Of a stretch of 64,000 bases of DNA, positions 19,599 through 29,529 are shown in pieces. This DNA is from a virus, in IMG/VR virus record IMGVR_UViG_3300020473_000020, positions 64,001-128,000 of that record, one strand, 5' to 3'. The notes under the pieces were generated by a model. The model was not told the DNA's origin. It made no database searches and was given only the letters and a program-made list of their open reading frames with translations. Made by a program: the position numbers and the translations under genes. Position 1 is the stretch's first letter, and each line of letters starts with the position of its first letter.

Positions 19599-20536
19599 TA
19601 GTCTAACCCTCCGAAATCAGTTTTAGTCTGTAACTTCTTCACGTTCCAAGTGTTTGACTTACGGCTAACAAATAGCTGTGTCTCTGGCTCATCTGCCCAC
19701 TTTTTCTTATCCTTTATGTTACGGCCAAATACCGTACGGAACGTGTAGGCCGTCACTGTTTTAACGCCTTTAGGCAGGCAAGACTCTCTAGCCTTCGGGT
19801 CACGCATCCCAACTGTCAGTGCCTCTTCTTCACCCGCTGATACGTAAGCACTAAAAGCTGAAACAAGCTTTAGCGCTAGGAATTGCTGCTTGCTCTCATA
19901 CTCGTTTAAATCTCCCGACAAGGTTGCATCGCTCATGTTACCGACATGGGTCTGATACTCTTTAATTGTCTTAGAACGAAGCAGAAGCGGGATGGTCGTG
20001 TGATGTGTCATGACGCGGCTGAACTCACCGTCATCCGTTGGGATAATGATGGCTAAGGCATTCTTATCAAGGTTTTCAGGTTTAACCATGACATTGCCCT
20101 CGGGACGATGAAAGTCGCTCAGAAGGGCATTCGTAACCGTCTTAACATGGTCTGCCGTGCGCATGTAAGTTACCATGAAGCTCGGTAAACGTACGCCATC
20201 ATACTCAAAGTTAGCTGGAAGCGTGAAAACAAAGTTAGACATCGGAAAGTTGAAGCCCTTGGCGTCATCCACGTCGTAGTCAGCGTTTAGTAGATTCACG
20301 ACATCTACCTCAGTTTCAGGGTAGATAACGTTACGCTTGGTTTTATTGAGCCAGTAGTGCTCTTCACTAAAGATATAATCATCCATTAGAGCACCATGTG
20401 GTAATCCTGCCCCAGCACGTTCGTCGACGATGGCATTCATCGCGCCTTTAAAGTCACCTTTTTTAAAGGTACGACCAAACGCCGCAAACATGTTCATGTG
20501 ATTCGTTGTTAGTAGTTTTATTTTAGAATAGCGCAT
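19598..20536 (-). CDS. Hypothetical protein inserted between the two helicase halves
   Basis: 312-aa ORF with an AAGGGAAG RBS; its stop overlaps the next start (TAATG). Confidence 0.75.
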   Translation of the reverse strand: MRYSKIKLLTTNHMNMFAAFGRTFKKGDFKGAMNAIVDERAGAGLPHGALMDDYIFSEEHYWLNKTKRNVIYPETEVDVVNLLNADYDVDDAKGFNFPMSNFVFTLPANFEYDGVRLPSFMVTYMRTADHVKTVTNALLSDFHRPEGNVMVKPENLDKNALAIIIPTDDGEFSRVMTHHTTIPLLLRSKTIKEYQTHVGNMSDATLSGDLNEYESKQQFLALKLVSAFSAYVSAGEEEALTVGMRDPKARESCLPKGVKTVTAYTFRTVFGRNIKDKKKWADEPETQLFVSRKSNTWNVKKLQTKTDFGGLD

Positions 20537-20551
20537 CTTAGCTTCCCTTTA

Positions 20552-22582
20552 TTATGACGTTGCTGTAGCGCGGCGATTACGCCCGCGACGTGACTTACGC
20601 TGAGACTGTAAGTCGTTTACAAGTGCGTCGACGTCTATGTCGATTTCACGACGCTGTCTACGCTTACGGCGTGTTGCCGCAGGTTTTTCTGTTTTCGATT
20701 CTGTAGGTGTACTTTCCGTATAGTCATCGGTACGTATGTCTATCACTTGTGCCTGACCTAAAGACTTCTCATCAGTCGATAACAGACGGATTGATAAGCG
20801 GTCAAAGCTTGTCTGCGTATACACCTCAGCGTCTGGCGTTTGGATGTAATACTCAGGTGGTAGTGCACGGCCTGCACGACCTGCCATCTGGTGAATATCG
20901 GCCAAGTCGACTTGGTTGATACCTCGGGTTGTGCCTACGATGATTGCATTCTTTGCTGGAACGTTTACACCCCACGCAAGTGTACTGGTCGCCACAAGCA
21001 CGCGGATTTTACCCATCGGATCCTTAAACTCACTCTCAATACGCTTACGCGTGTCCTTCGGTGCATCGGCATTATGGAACTCAGTAACAACCCCCTCACC
21101 GCGCAGTTGACGAACAAGTTCTTTACCCGTCGTTTTGTCATGGACGAAAAGCAAGCATTTCTCATGCTCGCGCTCGGGAGCCATTACTGCGTTCACGGCC
21201 TCTTGTATTTTGGCCTGTTGGTTACGACGGTAATCACCTTGCTCAATGTACTGCGGAAAGTGCCACGTTAGCGGTGTCGGTCTCCACGGTGAATTGATGA
21301 CCTCTGTTTTCTTGCCGTTTAAGACTGTTAGCCACTTAGCAAAATCTTCAACGTTAGGCATTGTCGCCGACATGAAGAGAATGCGCGCTTTCGAGTTAAG
21401 ATTTGTAAAGCGCATCAAGCCTGCTTCAACAGCATGGCCACGGCTCGTGCCGATGATATGTGATTCATCGACAACAACCAGTCTAATATCGTCGATCCAT
21501 GCGCTTTTCTCTGAGCCGTACTTACGTGTACGCGAGTCAAGCATTTCAGACGTTACACACAGAATGTCAGAGTTATTCACCTCACGGGCACGTGCCTCAG
21601 TCAACTGGTGGTCACCCGTCATGATACCGATGTCGTAGTCATCACCGAAAGTCTCTGACCACTCTTCGTATTTTTCTTGGGTAAGTGCTCTTAGCGGCGA
21701 AACATAAACAACCTTATCGCCCTTGGCCAGTGTTCGCGCCATACAAAGCTCGGCACTGACAGTCTTACCTGACGACGTCGCGGTACCAAGTACTAGGTTT
21801 ACGTCATTTCGATGTATGTTATTCGCAAGTAGTGTACTTTGTACGCGGTTGAAATGACTAAACGGGTATTTCAAAAGCTTGTATTCGCTTGTTGGTATTA
21901 CGTCGGCGTCATTCACTAAAGGAAGACCTATGCCAGATTGGCCATCGGTCTCTGACACATCGCCAAAAGTTAGCGTACCATCTGCACTCGCCGCTTGCTT
22001 GTTGCCTTTCTCTGGTTGAAGCAGTGTATCAGGGAGCATCTGACCTTCTCGAAGAAAGTATTGCTGACTCGGGGCATCTAAAACGCGAAGAGGGTGCACT
22101 TTCTCTGTTGCTAGCTCGCGGCCAGAACATACAAAGTAGTCACTGCACGACTTCATAGGGCGGCCTGCGTTCACGCGAATAGTTTTATGCGAACCACATT
22201 TAGGGCAGAAATCTATTTCTGCATAATCCATTGACTGGTTATCAGCGGCACGGTCGAGAGCTTCTAGCGTTCTTTTATCGAACGTCGATGATTTCAGTAA
22301 CATCGGGTCGTACTCTCGAACCACCACGTTTGATTTAGGGTCGAAGGTTACGAGGCGCACAGACGATGGGTTGTACTCCATATCTGTGTTGAAGCCTGTC
22401 ACTAGCCAATTCTCAAGACGGCCATCAAGTGACTTAATTACAAGTTCGCGGTTGCCATCAAGGGCAAGGGCTACGTAACCCCATTTAGTCGATGCCCAAT
22501 CTAGCTGAGCATGAAGCTGGTCTTTAATCTGTGACATAGTACTGCCTAAAAGTGAATAGGTTGTCTTCGGTCTATAGCGCAT
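20552..22582 (-). CDS. N-terminal part of a Ski2/Hel308-like SF2 DExH helicase with an N-terminal zinc ribbon
   Basis: Q motif FSHFNRVQS, ATSSGKT, VSPLRAL, VVVDESH, MSAT, FHNA, ATSTLAWGVNVPA, QMAGRAGR; CPKC...C....C. Confidence 0.9.
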   Translation of the reverse strand: MRYRPKTTYSLLGSTMSQIKDQLHAQLDWASTKWGYVALALDGNRELVIKSLDGRLENWLVTGFNTDMEYNPSSVRLVTFDPKSNVVVREYDPMLLKSSTFDKRTLEALDRAADNQSMDYAEIDFCPKCGSHKTIRVNAGRPMKSCSDYFVCSGRELATEKVHPLRVLDAPSQQYFLREGQMLPDTLLQPEKGNKQAASADGTLTFGDVSETDGQSGIGLPLVNDADVIPTSEYKLLKYPFSHFNRVQSTLLANNIHRNDVNLVLGTATSSGKTVSAELCMARTLAKGDKVVYVSPLRALTQEKYEEWSETFGDDYDIGIMTGDHQLTEARAREVNNSDILCVTSEMLDSRTRKYGSEKSAWIDDIRLVVVDESHIIGTSRGHAVEAGLMRFTNLNSKARILFMSATMPNVEDFAKWLTVLNGKKTEVINSPWRPTPLTWHFPQYIEQGDYRRNQQAKIQEAVNAVMAPEREHEKCLLFVHDKTTGKELVRQLRGEGVVTEFHNADAPKDTRKRIESEFKDPMGKIRVLVATSTLAWGVNVPAKNAIIVGTTRGINQVDLADIHQMAGRAGRALPPEYYIQTPDAEVYTQTSFDRLSIRLLSTDEKSLGQAQVIDIRTDDYTESTPTESKTEKPAATRRKRRQRREIDIDVDALVNDLQSQRKSRRGRNRRATATS

Positions 22583-22602
22583 AGCGCTTTATCTATGGGT
22601 GT

Positions 22603-22631
22603 AAGATAGCAGCTAACCCGCTGCGCCGCAA
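22603..22631 (-). promoter_or_regulatory. Sigma70-like promoter driving the leftward helicase-clamp-polymerase arm
   Basis: TTGCGG-17 bp-TATCTT on the minus strand. Confidence 0.55.
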
Positions 22632-22870
22632 CTGTTTTGTACAACGATTTTGCAAGCGTAATCTGTGAGCAGGCCGTGCACGCACCATTGTGCATGCAAT
22701 GGCTTTAGATGTTGACTGGCCATCACGCTAAGTCCTTGGGCTGTAGTCAAATATGCGCGCAATTCGGCGGTTAGTACTACACAAGTTGGACTGTTTCGTG
22801 TAGAGTGGCGCGATGCAAGGTGGCCTAAGTTGCTACCAACAAGAATTGAGACTTAGATACTGGGCATTTT

Positions 22871-25060
22871 ATGATTAATCCTAAAGCGATTGATGGCTTT
22901 ATCCGTGCCGACCGCGATGATTGGCGCTGGATTAAAAAGGCATCACTTGAAGAGCTAGAAGAGACGTTCGCCGACGTTCCTGTACACACCACACCTTATA
23001 AGCATCAATGGGCAAGTATTGCTCTTGGCGTTTCAAACCCAGCGTTCATGTACTTCCTAGACATGGGGCTTGGTAAAGCCTTGGAAGCATCACAGTTAGT
23101 ACTAACGCCGACAGGTTGGAAAGCTATTGGGACGCTAATGGTCGGTGAAACTGTCGTCCACCCATCGGGTGACCATTGTACTATCGAGGGGGTGTTCCCA
23201 CAGGGTAATAAAGACTTATTCGAAGTTGCGTTCGATGACGGTACTAAGAGTATTTGCTGCAAAGAGCACTTATGGTCACTCTGTGATGAGGACGGTACTA
23301 TTACCCAGACTCTTGAACTTCAAGAGTTCATGGGTGACATCAATAACCAAGAGCACCGAATCCCACTCATTTCAAAGACAATCGACCTCAAAGGAAAATC
23401 ACCAGAAATGGGGGCATATCATTCTCGCCGTGAGCTTCTTAATGAAACTACTTGTGATAACGATGCGCTGTACCTCTCAAGGTCATTAGGCCAGTGGAGT
23501 GCATTGGACGAACACGGCAAGCTCATTACTAAAGATACTAAATACAAAACTATCACGAGTGTGACGCCTCACGGCTACGGCCAAGCTGTATGTATCAAGG
23601 TTGACCGTGACGACGGGCTATTCATCACAAATGACTTTATTGTTACGCACAACACTAAGCTACTTCTAGATTTGTTCATGTACCGCCGAAAGCTTGGCCA
23701 AGCGAAGCGTGCGCTGGTATTGGTACCAAACTTCACAAACATCCAATCATGGGTTGATGAAATCCAAGTACACCAGCCCGAACTTGTGGGCATCGGCCTT
23801 GAGGGCAGTGCGAAGCAGCGCAAGGAACTACTTGAAGCCGAAGGTGACGTCTGGATCATCAACTACCAAGGCTTGCAATCACTTGTTACGAAGACTGAAA
23901 ACCGTCGTCGCACTATTGACGAAGAGGCGCTTGAGTACACAGCAAGCTTATTTGACATGGTCGCGATGGATGAGATACACAAATGTAAAAACCCTGAGTC
24001 ACTAACATTTGAAATCTGTGATGTCCTTTGTCAGGCCGCAAAGTTCCGCTATGGCCTGACTGGTACGCCATTCGGCCGTAACCCTATGGACTTGTGGGCG
24101 CAGTTCTTCTTGATTGACCGTGGCGAATCATTGAGCCATCACCCTCAAATCTTTAAAGAAACATTCTTTGACCAGAAGGTTAACGGCGCAGGCTTTATGG
24201 ACTGGGAGTTCAATAAGAAGAAAAAGCGCTTATTGAATCGCATGATCCAGCACCGCAGCATACGCTACCGCGACTCGGAGTGTATGGACTTACCTAGCCA
24301 AAACTTCATTCCTGTGCGTGTTGGCATGGGCAAAGATGCCTTGAAGTATATGCGCGAAATGCTTGACGAGATTCAGCAAAAGGCGATGGCTGGCGATGCG
24401 CTTGACGACCGTAAGAATGCTGAGAACGTCTTTATGAAGATGCGTACGCTAGCCTCGGGGTTTGTGCGTGTTTACGAGCTAGATGACGATGGCAAAAAGA
24501 CGAAAAACTACGAAGACATCATCTTTAAAGACCAGCCTAAGCTCGATGCACTTACCGACCTTATTGAGTCACTGCCAGAAGGTGAGAAAATCGTTATTTT
24601 CCACGAGTTCATCGCGACAGGTAATATGATTGAGGCTGCGCTCAAAAAGTCCAAGATTAAATACCTAGCGCTGAACGCACAAACCAAAGATAAAAAGGCG
24701 TTCTTACATGACTTCCGTGAAAATAAGTCTATTACAGCAGCCGTTGTAAACTCGAAGTCAGGTTCGACTGGTCTAAACCTACAGACAGCGAATCACATGG
24801 CCTTTTTTGAATCACCTGTTTCCCCGATTGAACGTCAGCAAGCAGAAAAGCGTACCCACCGTGGCGGCCAGAAGAAGCCGTGCTTTTACTACGACCTGAT
24901 TACGATCAACTCTGTCGATGAACGTATTCAAGAATTTATCAAAGAGGGTAAAGACTTGATGACTGAAATCGTAGAGCAGAAGTCTAGCATGCTGCTTGGC
25001 ATGATGGGCGAAATGGTAAGCGACGAGAAGTCGCGTACCAGCAAAAAGAAAAAGAAGTAA
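22871..25060 (+). CDS. SNF2-family helicase/ATPase containing an intein
   Basis: DMGLGK[intein]T, ALVLVP, MDEIH, LTGTP, STGLNLQTA, QAEKRTHRGGQ. Confidence 0.9.
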   Translation: MINPKAIDGFIRADRDDWRWIKKASLEELEETFADVPVHTTPYKHQWASIALGVSNPAFMYFLDMGLGKALEASQLVLTPTGWKAIGTLMVGETVVHPSGDHCTIEGVFPQGNKDLFEVAFDDGTKSICCKEHLWSLCDEDGTITQTLELQEFMGDINNQEHRIPLISKTIDLKGKSPEMGAYHSRRELLNETTCDNDALYLSRSLGQWSALDEHGKLITKDTKYKTITSVTPHGYGQAVCIKVDRDDGLFITNDFIVTHNTKLLLDLFMYRRKLGQAKRALVLVPNFTNIQSWVDEIQVHQPELVGIGLEGSAKQRKELLEAEGDVWIINYQGLQSLVTKTENRRRTIDEEALEYTASLFDMVAMDEIHKCKNPESLTFEICDVLCQAAKFRYGLTGTPFGRNPMDLWAQFFLIDRGESLSHHPQIFKETFFDQKVNGAGFMDWEFNKKKKRLLNRMIQHRSIRYRDSECMDLPSQNFIPVRVGMGKDALKYMREMLDEIQQKAMAGDALDDRKNAENVFMKMRTLASGFVRVYELDDDGKKTKNYEDIIFKDQPKLDALTDLIESLPEGEKIVIFHEFIATGNMIEAALKKSKIKYLALNAQTKDKKAFLHDFRENKSITAAVVNSKSGSTGLNLQTANHMAFFESPVSPIERQQAEKRTHRGGQKKPCFYYDLITINSVDERIQEFIKEGKDLMTEIVEQKSSMLLGMMGEMVSDEKSRTSKKKKK
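23078..23653 (+). mobile_element. Class 3 (Ala-start, WCT-motif) mini-intein, 192 aa, in Walker A of the SNF2 helicase
   Basis: Starts ALEASQLVLTPTGWKAIG; block B CCKEHLW; block F AVCIKV; ends IVTHN/T; no LAGLIDADG motifs seen. Confidence 0.88.
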
Positions 25061-25102
25061 GTTGTTGTACAACGATTATTAATAAATGAGACTGAGATAC
25101 TA

Positions 25103-26014
25103 ATGGGACTTTTAGATAAAGCACGTGCGCGTGCGAATGCCGACCGACCTGACGACTGGGTGAAAACCCTGATGCTGGTGGATTACTCAAGCTTGCTATA
25201 CAAAGGCTTGAGCGTTAATGCTGAACTTATGTGCAAAGGTATGTACACGGGTGGCCTTGTTGGTTTGACCGACCAACTCGGCACCTTGGTTAGAGAGCAT
25301 AAGCCTGAGCACATGATTGTGTGCGCTGATGGTAACCCATACTACCGTAAGACTCAGGTCTTCCCTGAGTACAAAGAAGACCGTAAGAAGCGAAAGCAAC
25401 AGTTGCCCGATGAAGCCTTCGCGCACACGCGCATTTTAGGTGATGCGTTTTTAGAGGCAGCGGGTATTGACGTTTGGCGTGCTAAGGGATGGGAAGCTGA
25501 TGACCTTTTCGCACTGGCTGTTGAACACTTTGCTAAGGACTATGACCGTATCGTCATTGCGTCAGCTGATGATGACCTTTACCAACTCTTCAATCACAAG
25601 AACGTGTACTTAGTCAAAAAGTCGGGTCTATATGGGCACAAGCGTTTCGAGGCCGATTATCCTGACCTTACACCCGAAGACTGGGTGATCTTCAATGCTA
25701 TCAAAGGCAGTCACAATAACTATAAGGGCGTTAAGGGTATCGGTGAGAAAAAGGCTCTTGAAGTCATGCGCGATGACGACTTGCTAGACAAAACCTACGA
25801 AGAGCATAAAGACGTGATCGACCTCGGCTTAAAAGTATGTGCACTGCCACTCCCGCTAAGTGCCTTGGAAGAGGGCATTAAATACCCAGAAGTGCCGAAA
25901 CCCCGTGCGCCGCAGTACGATGAGCTTGCAGTTCGGGATTATTTAAGGCAACATGGCATCCGCCCACGACCAACGCTAGGTCAGGCGCTTACGCACTTAG
26001 CAGGGTTTAAATAA
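25103..26014 (+). CDS. 5'-3' exonuclease / flap endonuclease (T5 D15, T4 RNase H family)
   Basis: LVDYSSL, IVCADG..YYR..FPEYKEDR, WEADD, ASADDDLYQL, GVKGIGEKKA. Confidence 0.9.
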   Translation: MGLLDKARARANADRPDDWVKTLMLVDYSSLLYKGLSVNAELMCKGMYTGGLVGLTDQLGTLVREHKPEHMIVCADGNPYYRKTQVFPEYKEDRKKRKQQLPDEAFAHTRILGDAFLEAAGIDVWRAKGWEADDLFALAVEHFAKDYDRIVIASADDDLYQLFNHKNVYLVKKSGLYGHKRFEADYPDLTPEDWVIFNAIKGSHNNYKGVKGIGEKKALEVMRDDDLLDKTYEEHKDVIDLGLKVCALPLPLSALEEGIKYPEVPKPRAPQYDELAVRDYLRQHGIRPRPTLGQALTHLAGFK

Positions 26015-26141
26015 TCCTGCCAATGGGTACCGTACTAATAGAGGGCAGGTTTACAGCCAGCCCCTTGTACAATGAATTGTTGATACTAGCTTATAGAGTA
26101 AGCTAATGCGCTGATGGCGCTTAAATATAATTGAGACTTTG

Positions 26142-27566
26142 ATGAGCACTAAAAAACTATCTGATAACATGCAGGTAAATATCCTGTCTATGCTGATTTT
26201 CGACCACGAGCATAGCAGTACCATCCATTCACTGGTTGACCCTAACTACCTTGATAACCGCGTTATGCGTGAGATCTGCCGCGAGGCTCAAGCATACATT
26301 AACCGCTATAAGGCACCACCTTGCGAGCACATTGCTGACCTTCTTGAGGATAAGCTTAAAGGCGATAAAGCTTCAATCCGAAAGATGTACGAAGACATCT
26401 TGTATGACCTGTTTGAACAGCGCGATTCTATTAACGGTCAGTTCGTGATCAACCAGCTTCGCGGCTTTATCCGTGGGGCGCACCTAAAGCGTGAGCTAGC
26501 CAGTGCAGTAGAACATCTTCAAAACGGTGACATTGAGCGCGCCGAGCTGAGCGTTAACCAAGCACTTAGACTCCCCGACGCTTCTTTGGATTTGGGTATG
26601 TTCTTCGGTGAAGACATTGAACGTACTTTATCGTTCCTTGAAGAAATGACCGATTGTTTCCCTACGGGCATCCCTGAGTTTGATAAAGCGGGCATTGGTG
26701 CGGTACCAAAAGAACTTCTAATCGTAATGGCACCACCGAATACGGGTAAGACGTGGTGTCTACTTAACTACACCAAGTTTGCACTGCTAGCTCGTAAAAA
26801 AGTACTCCACCTAACCCTTGAAATGCACGAGGGTCGTACGGCTCAACGTTACTTGCAAATGCTTTTCAGTATTTCGAAGCGTAACTCTGATGTACCTATC
26901 GTTGAAATGGAAAAGGACGACGATGGTAACTTACTTGGCATTGCGCCTTCGAATATTGAGCGTCCTGTGCTTGAGGGCAATGATGGCATCCGACATGAGC
27001 TGATCCACAAACTTAAATACCAAAAGCGTCTGCAACTGGTAATCAAGCAGTTCCCTACAGGTCAGCTGACAGTGCCTATGCTAGAGTCATACCTCGACCA
27101 GTTAGAGCGCCACAGCAATTTCGTACCAGACATGATCGTGATTGACTATGCTGACCTTATGAAACTCGACGTATCTAAGATGCGTGAAAGCTTAGGCCAG
27201 TTGTACAAAGATTTACGTGGTATCGCGGTAGACCGTAACCTCGCCATGGTAACAGCAACACAGACAAACCGTGATGGTGCTGATGTCGGGGTAATCACTG
27301 AAAAGCACGTAGCTGAGGACTTCTCGAAGATAGCGATAGCCGATAATATTATCTCACTCAACCAAACAGAAGCTGAGCGAGCACTCGGCCTAATGCGAGC
27401 GTACGTCGTAAAAGCACGTAATGACGAGAAGGGTTGGCAAGTTCTTATGACACAGGCATACCAAGCAGGTCAGTTCGTACTCGACAGTGTCCGAATGAAC
27501 GACAGTTACATTGACCATATCGAGTCCTTGAGCGAAACACAAAAGGCGATGGCCGACGTGGATTAA
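26142..27566 (+). CDS. dnaB: Replicative DNA helicase, DnaB/gp41-like
   Basis: APPNTGKT, LTLEM, IVIDYADLM, TATQTNR, VVKARN. Confidence 0.9.
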   Translation: MSTKKLSDNMQVNILSMLIFDHEHSSTIHSLVDPNYLDNRVMREICREAQAYINRYKAPPCEHIADLLEDKLKGDKASIRKMYEDILYDLFEQRDSINGQFVINQLRGFIRGAHLKRELASAVEHLQNGDIERAELSVNQALRLPDASLDLGMFFGEDIERTLSFLEEMTDCFPTGIPEFDKAGIGAVPKELLIVMAPPNTGKTWCLLNYTKFALLARKKVLHLTLEMHEGRTAQRYLQMLFSISKRNSDVPIVEMEKDDDGNLLGIAPSNIERPVLEGNDGIRHELIHKLKYQKRLQLVIKQFPTGQLTVPMLESYLDQLERHSNFVPDMIVIDYADLMKLDVSKMRESLGQLYKDLRGIAVDRNLAMVTATQTNRDGADVGVITEKHVAEDFSKIAIADNIISLNQTEAERALGLMRAYVVKARNDEKGWQVLMTQAYQAGQFVLDSVRMNDSYIDHIESLSETQKAMADVD

Positions 27567-27588
27567 ACAGGCGACATCTAAAAAACCA

Positions 27589-27617
27589 AAAAGAGCTTTC
27601 ATTAGCTCTTTTTTTTT
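27589..27617 (+). terminator. Rho-independent terminator after DnaB
   Basis: AAAAGAGCT/AGCTCTTTT stem plus a long T-run. Confidence 0.75.
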
Positions 27618-28083
27618 GCCTTGTTTTTAGGTTCTATAGGAAGCGCTGTAAGGTGTCGTAAAGCGCGTAGCGGTACATTGGCATCAAAATAGCGCGAACG
27701 CCGCGCACAGAAGCGCTGAGGTGGCCTAGAGGCGGTTTTAGGCCGCAGTTTTATCTTTAAGTTCAAGAAGTGAGACCGCTACAGCTACAAGTTACCTTTA
27801 TTTATAGGATCCATAGTAGCGACCGTCATCAAGTGATCGTACAACTTCCAACAATACCATGTTCTAGCTCACTCACACGTAACGTAGTGGAGTGGGAGTG
27901 TGGTAGGTTCACTTGTGAACCTACCCCCATCTGGTTGCATAATATGATTACGTTATGGGTTACGTTAGTTATCGTAATGTGTTCTTTCTAGATCTATCTT
28001 TCTAAATATACTTTCTAAATAAACTCTCCACCTTTTGAAATCGACCTACAGCCCTTGCACTGTCTGCGTTCTCCACTTTTTCA

Positions 28084-28177
28084 TTAATATTCGATCACGC
28101 ACTTTTTAATATTCGATCACGCACTTTAGAGGGTTCGTTAATATTCGATCACGCACCCTTAATATTCGATCACGCAC
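28084..28177 (+). repeat. Four 19-bp iterons TTAATATTCGATCACGCAC (putative replication origin)
   Basis: Copies start at 28084, 28106, 28138 and 28159 (spacing 22/32/21 bp); AT-rich tract at about 27980-28030; upstream of the RepA gene. Confidence 0.85.
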
Positions 28178-28486
28178 TTTTTGCCAGAGAAACACCCTCC
28201 AAATTAGCGTTATCTTTTGACCGTTTTGCTACCAAGCTTTGTGGGCTTCATTTCGTGAGATCCACAAGGAGTTGTACAATCCTTGACTAGCAGCCTGTAT
28301 AACTATTGTGCTTTCTGCAAAGACCATCCATTTTTTACTGGAATTTTAGCGCGTTAGTGGCTATTATCGGCCAGCTTTGTGATCGACCTGATCGCTGAGC
28401 ACTTAATGAGACTTGAGATACAAATTGGGCGAAGACCCAATAATGAGTGTTAAAGACCTTGAGGTCTTTTAATGTGAGACTATTAT

Positions 28487-29521
28487 ATGAGCTTAAAAAC
28501 AAACAGCTCGGCTGTTGCACCGCTGGTGGCCTATGCTCCATTTAGTGAGAGTTATAGCACCCCAACTAAGAAACGTAGTGCTAAGCCAAGCGTTGCCCAA
28601 ACAAACATAAACTTCTTGGATAAGCCGTTGTTTATACCATCGCGTTCGCTAGAAGACCCCGTAACAGGAATAAAAACCAAGCTAGACCAATGCCGCTATT
28701 ACAACGACGGTAATGGCTTTGAAATCCAAGCTATGGTTAATACCGAACTTAAAGCGCAAGGCTTTAAAGCATTCTTTGGACTGCCATCGTTCTTTGATAA
28801 AAAAGTGCTGTACATGCTCGCGTCACACCTGCCTGTATTTGATGTCAACCTAGCTGATGCTAAGAGTCTTCTAGATGACGACCATGAAGGTCTTATCCGA
28901 ACAGTTGAGATTACAAACATTCGAGGGTTCCTGCGTAGCATCGGAACTTCGACATGTGGTAAGCAGGTCTTGCACCTGAAAGAGGCGCTGCTACGTTGGA
29001 AAAATCTAATACTAAGCTTTCACAACAATTCATTGACGGTGTCAGCTGGTGAAGACGGTGACGTCGTTCGAACTGTTGTCGAGTCAAAGCGTATTGAGGT
29101 TCTTGACCGCGTCGAGTTCGTTGAAGGTGCCACAGGTAAGATACAATCAATTAAGGTTACCTTTAACCCCAACTTCCTGATCTGCAATAATGATAAGTTT
29201 TCTAGACGTGTGTCGCTGGATGTTTTTTGTAACCTAGCCAGACCCACAGCTGCTCGCCTCTATGAAATTCTTTCAAAGAACTTCTGGGGAACATCTGGCC
29301 GTAAGCTGTGCCGACGCACCCAAGCTCCAAAATGGAGCATAAACCTAGACAACCTTCTTGCTAAGATGGGGTCAAAATCTGATTACAATGCTAAGTCCAC
29401 AATCCGTAAGGCGATAAAAGAGATTAACGAAAAGGACGAGTCTTACTTGTTCCGCGTTGATTTTAGAACAGGTGTTGAAGGCCAAACGGTTGTTGATTTT
29501 GTTCGTCACAAAATGAGATAG
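28487..29521 (+). CDS. repA: Plasmid-type replication initiator protein (RepA/RPA-like winged helix)
   Basis: Resembles replication initiator A motifs: FLDKPLFIPS, GLPSFFDKKVL, GKQVLHLKEALLRW, LARPTAARLYEILSK, WSINLDNLLAKMGS; adjacent iterons. Confidence 0.75.
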   Translation: MSLKTNSSAVAPLVAYAPFSESYSTPTKKRSAKPSVAQTNINFLDKPLFIPSRSLEDPVTGIKTKLDQCRYYNDGNGFEIQAMVNTELKAQGFKAFFGLPSFFDKKVLYMLASHLPVFDVNLADAKSLLDDDHEGLIRTVEITNIRGFLRSIGTSTCGKQVLHLKEALLRWKNLILSFHNNSLTVSAGEDGDVVRTVVESKRIEVLDRVEFVEGATGKIQSIKVTFNPNFLICNNDKFSRRVSLDVFCNLARPTAARLYEILSKNFWGTSGRKLCRRTQAPKWSINLDNLLAKMGSKSDYNAKSTIRKAIKEINEKDESYLFRVDFRTGVEGQTVVDFVRHKMR

Positions 29522-29529
29522 GGCATAGC

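Noticed and set aside
19598-20536. Homing endonuclease of a group I intron interrupting the helicase
   Set aside because: No HNH, GIY-YIG or LAGLIDADG motif recognised, and almost no non-coding space for a ribozyme core; both flanks are open ORFs with their own RBS or coupling.
28084-28177. Mini CRISPR array
   Set aside because: Repeats are 19 bp with only 2-13 bp between them; no spacer-length unique sequences and no cas genes. Helical phasing and the adjacent Rep gene fit iterons.
28253-28303. DnaA boxes near the iterons (AGATCCACA, CCTGTATAA)
   Set aside because: Each has two mismatches to the DnaA-box consensus; too weak to call without a binding assay.
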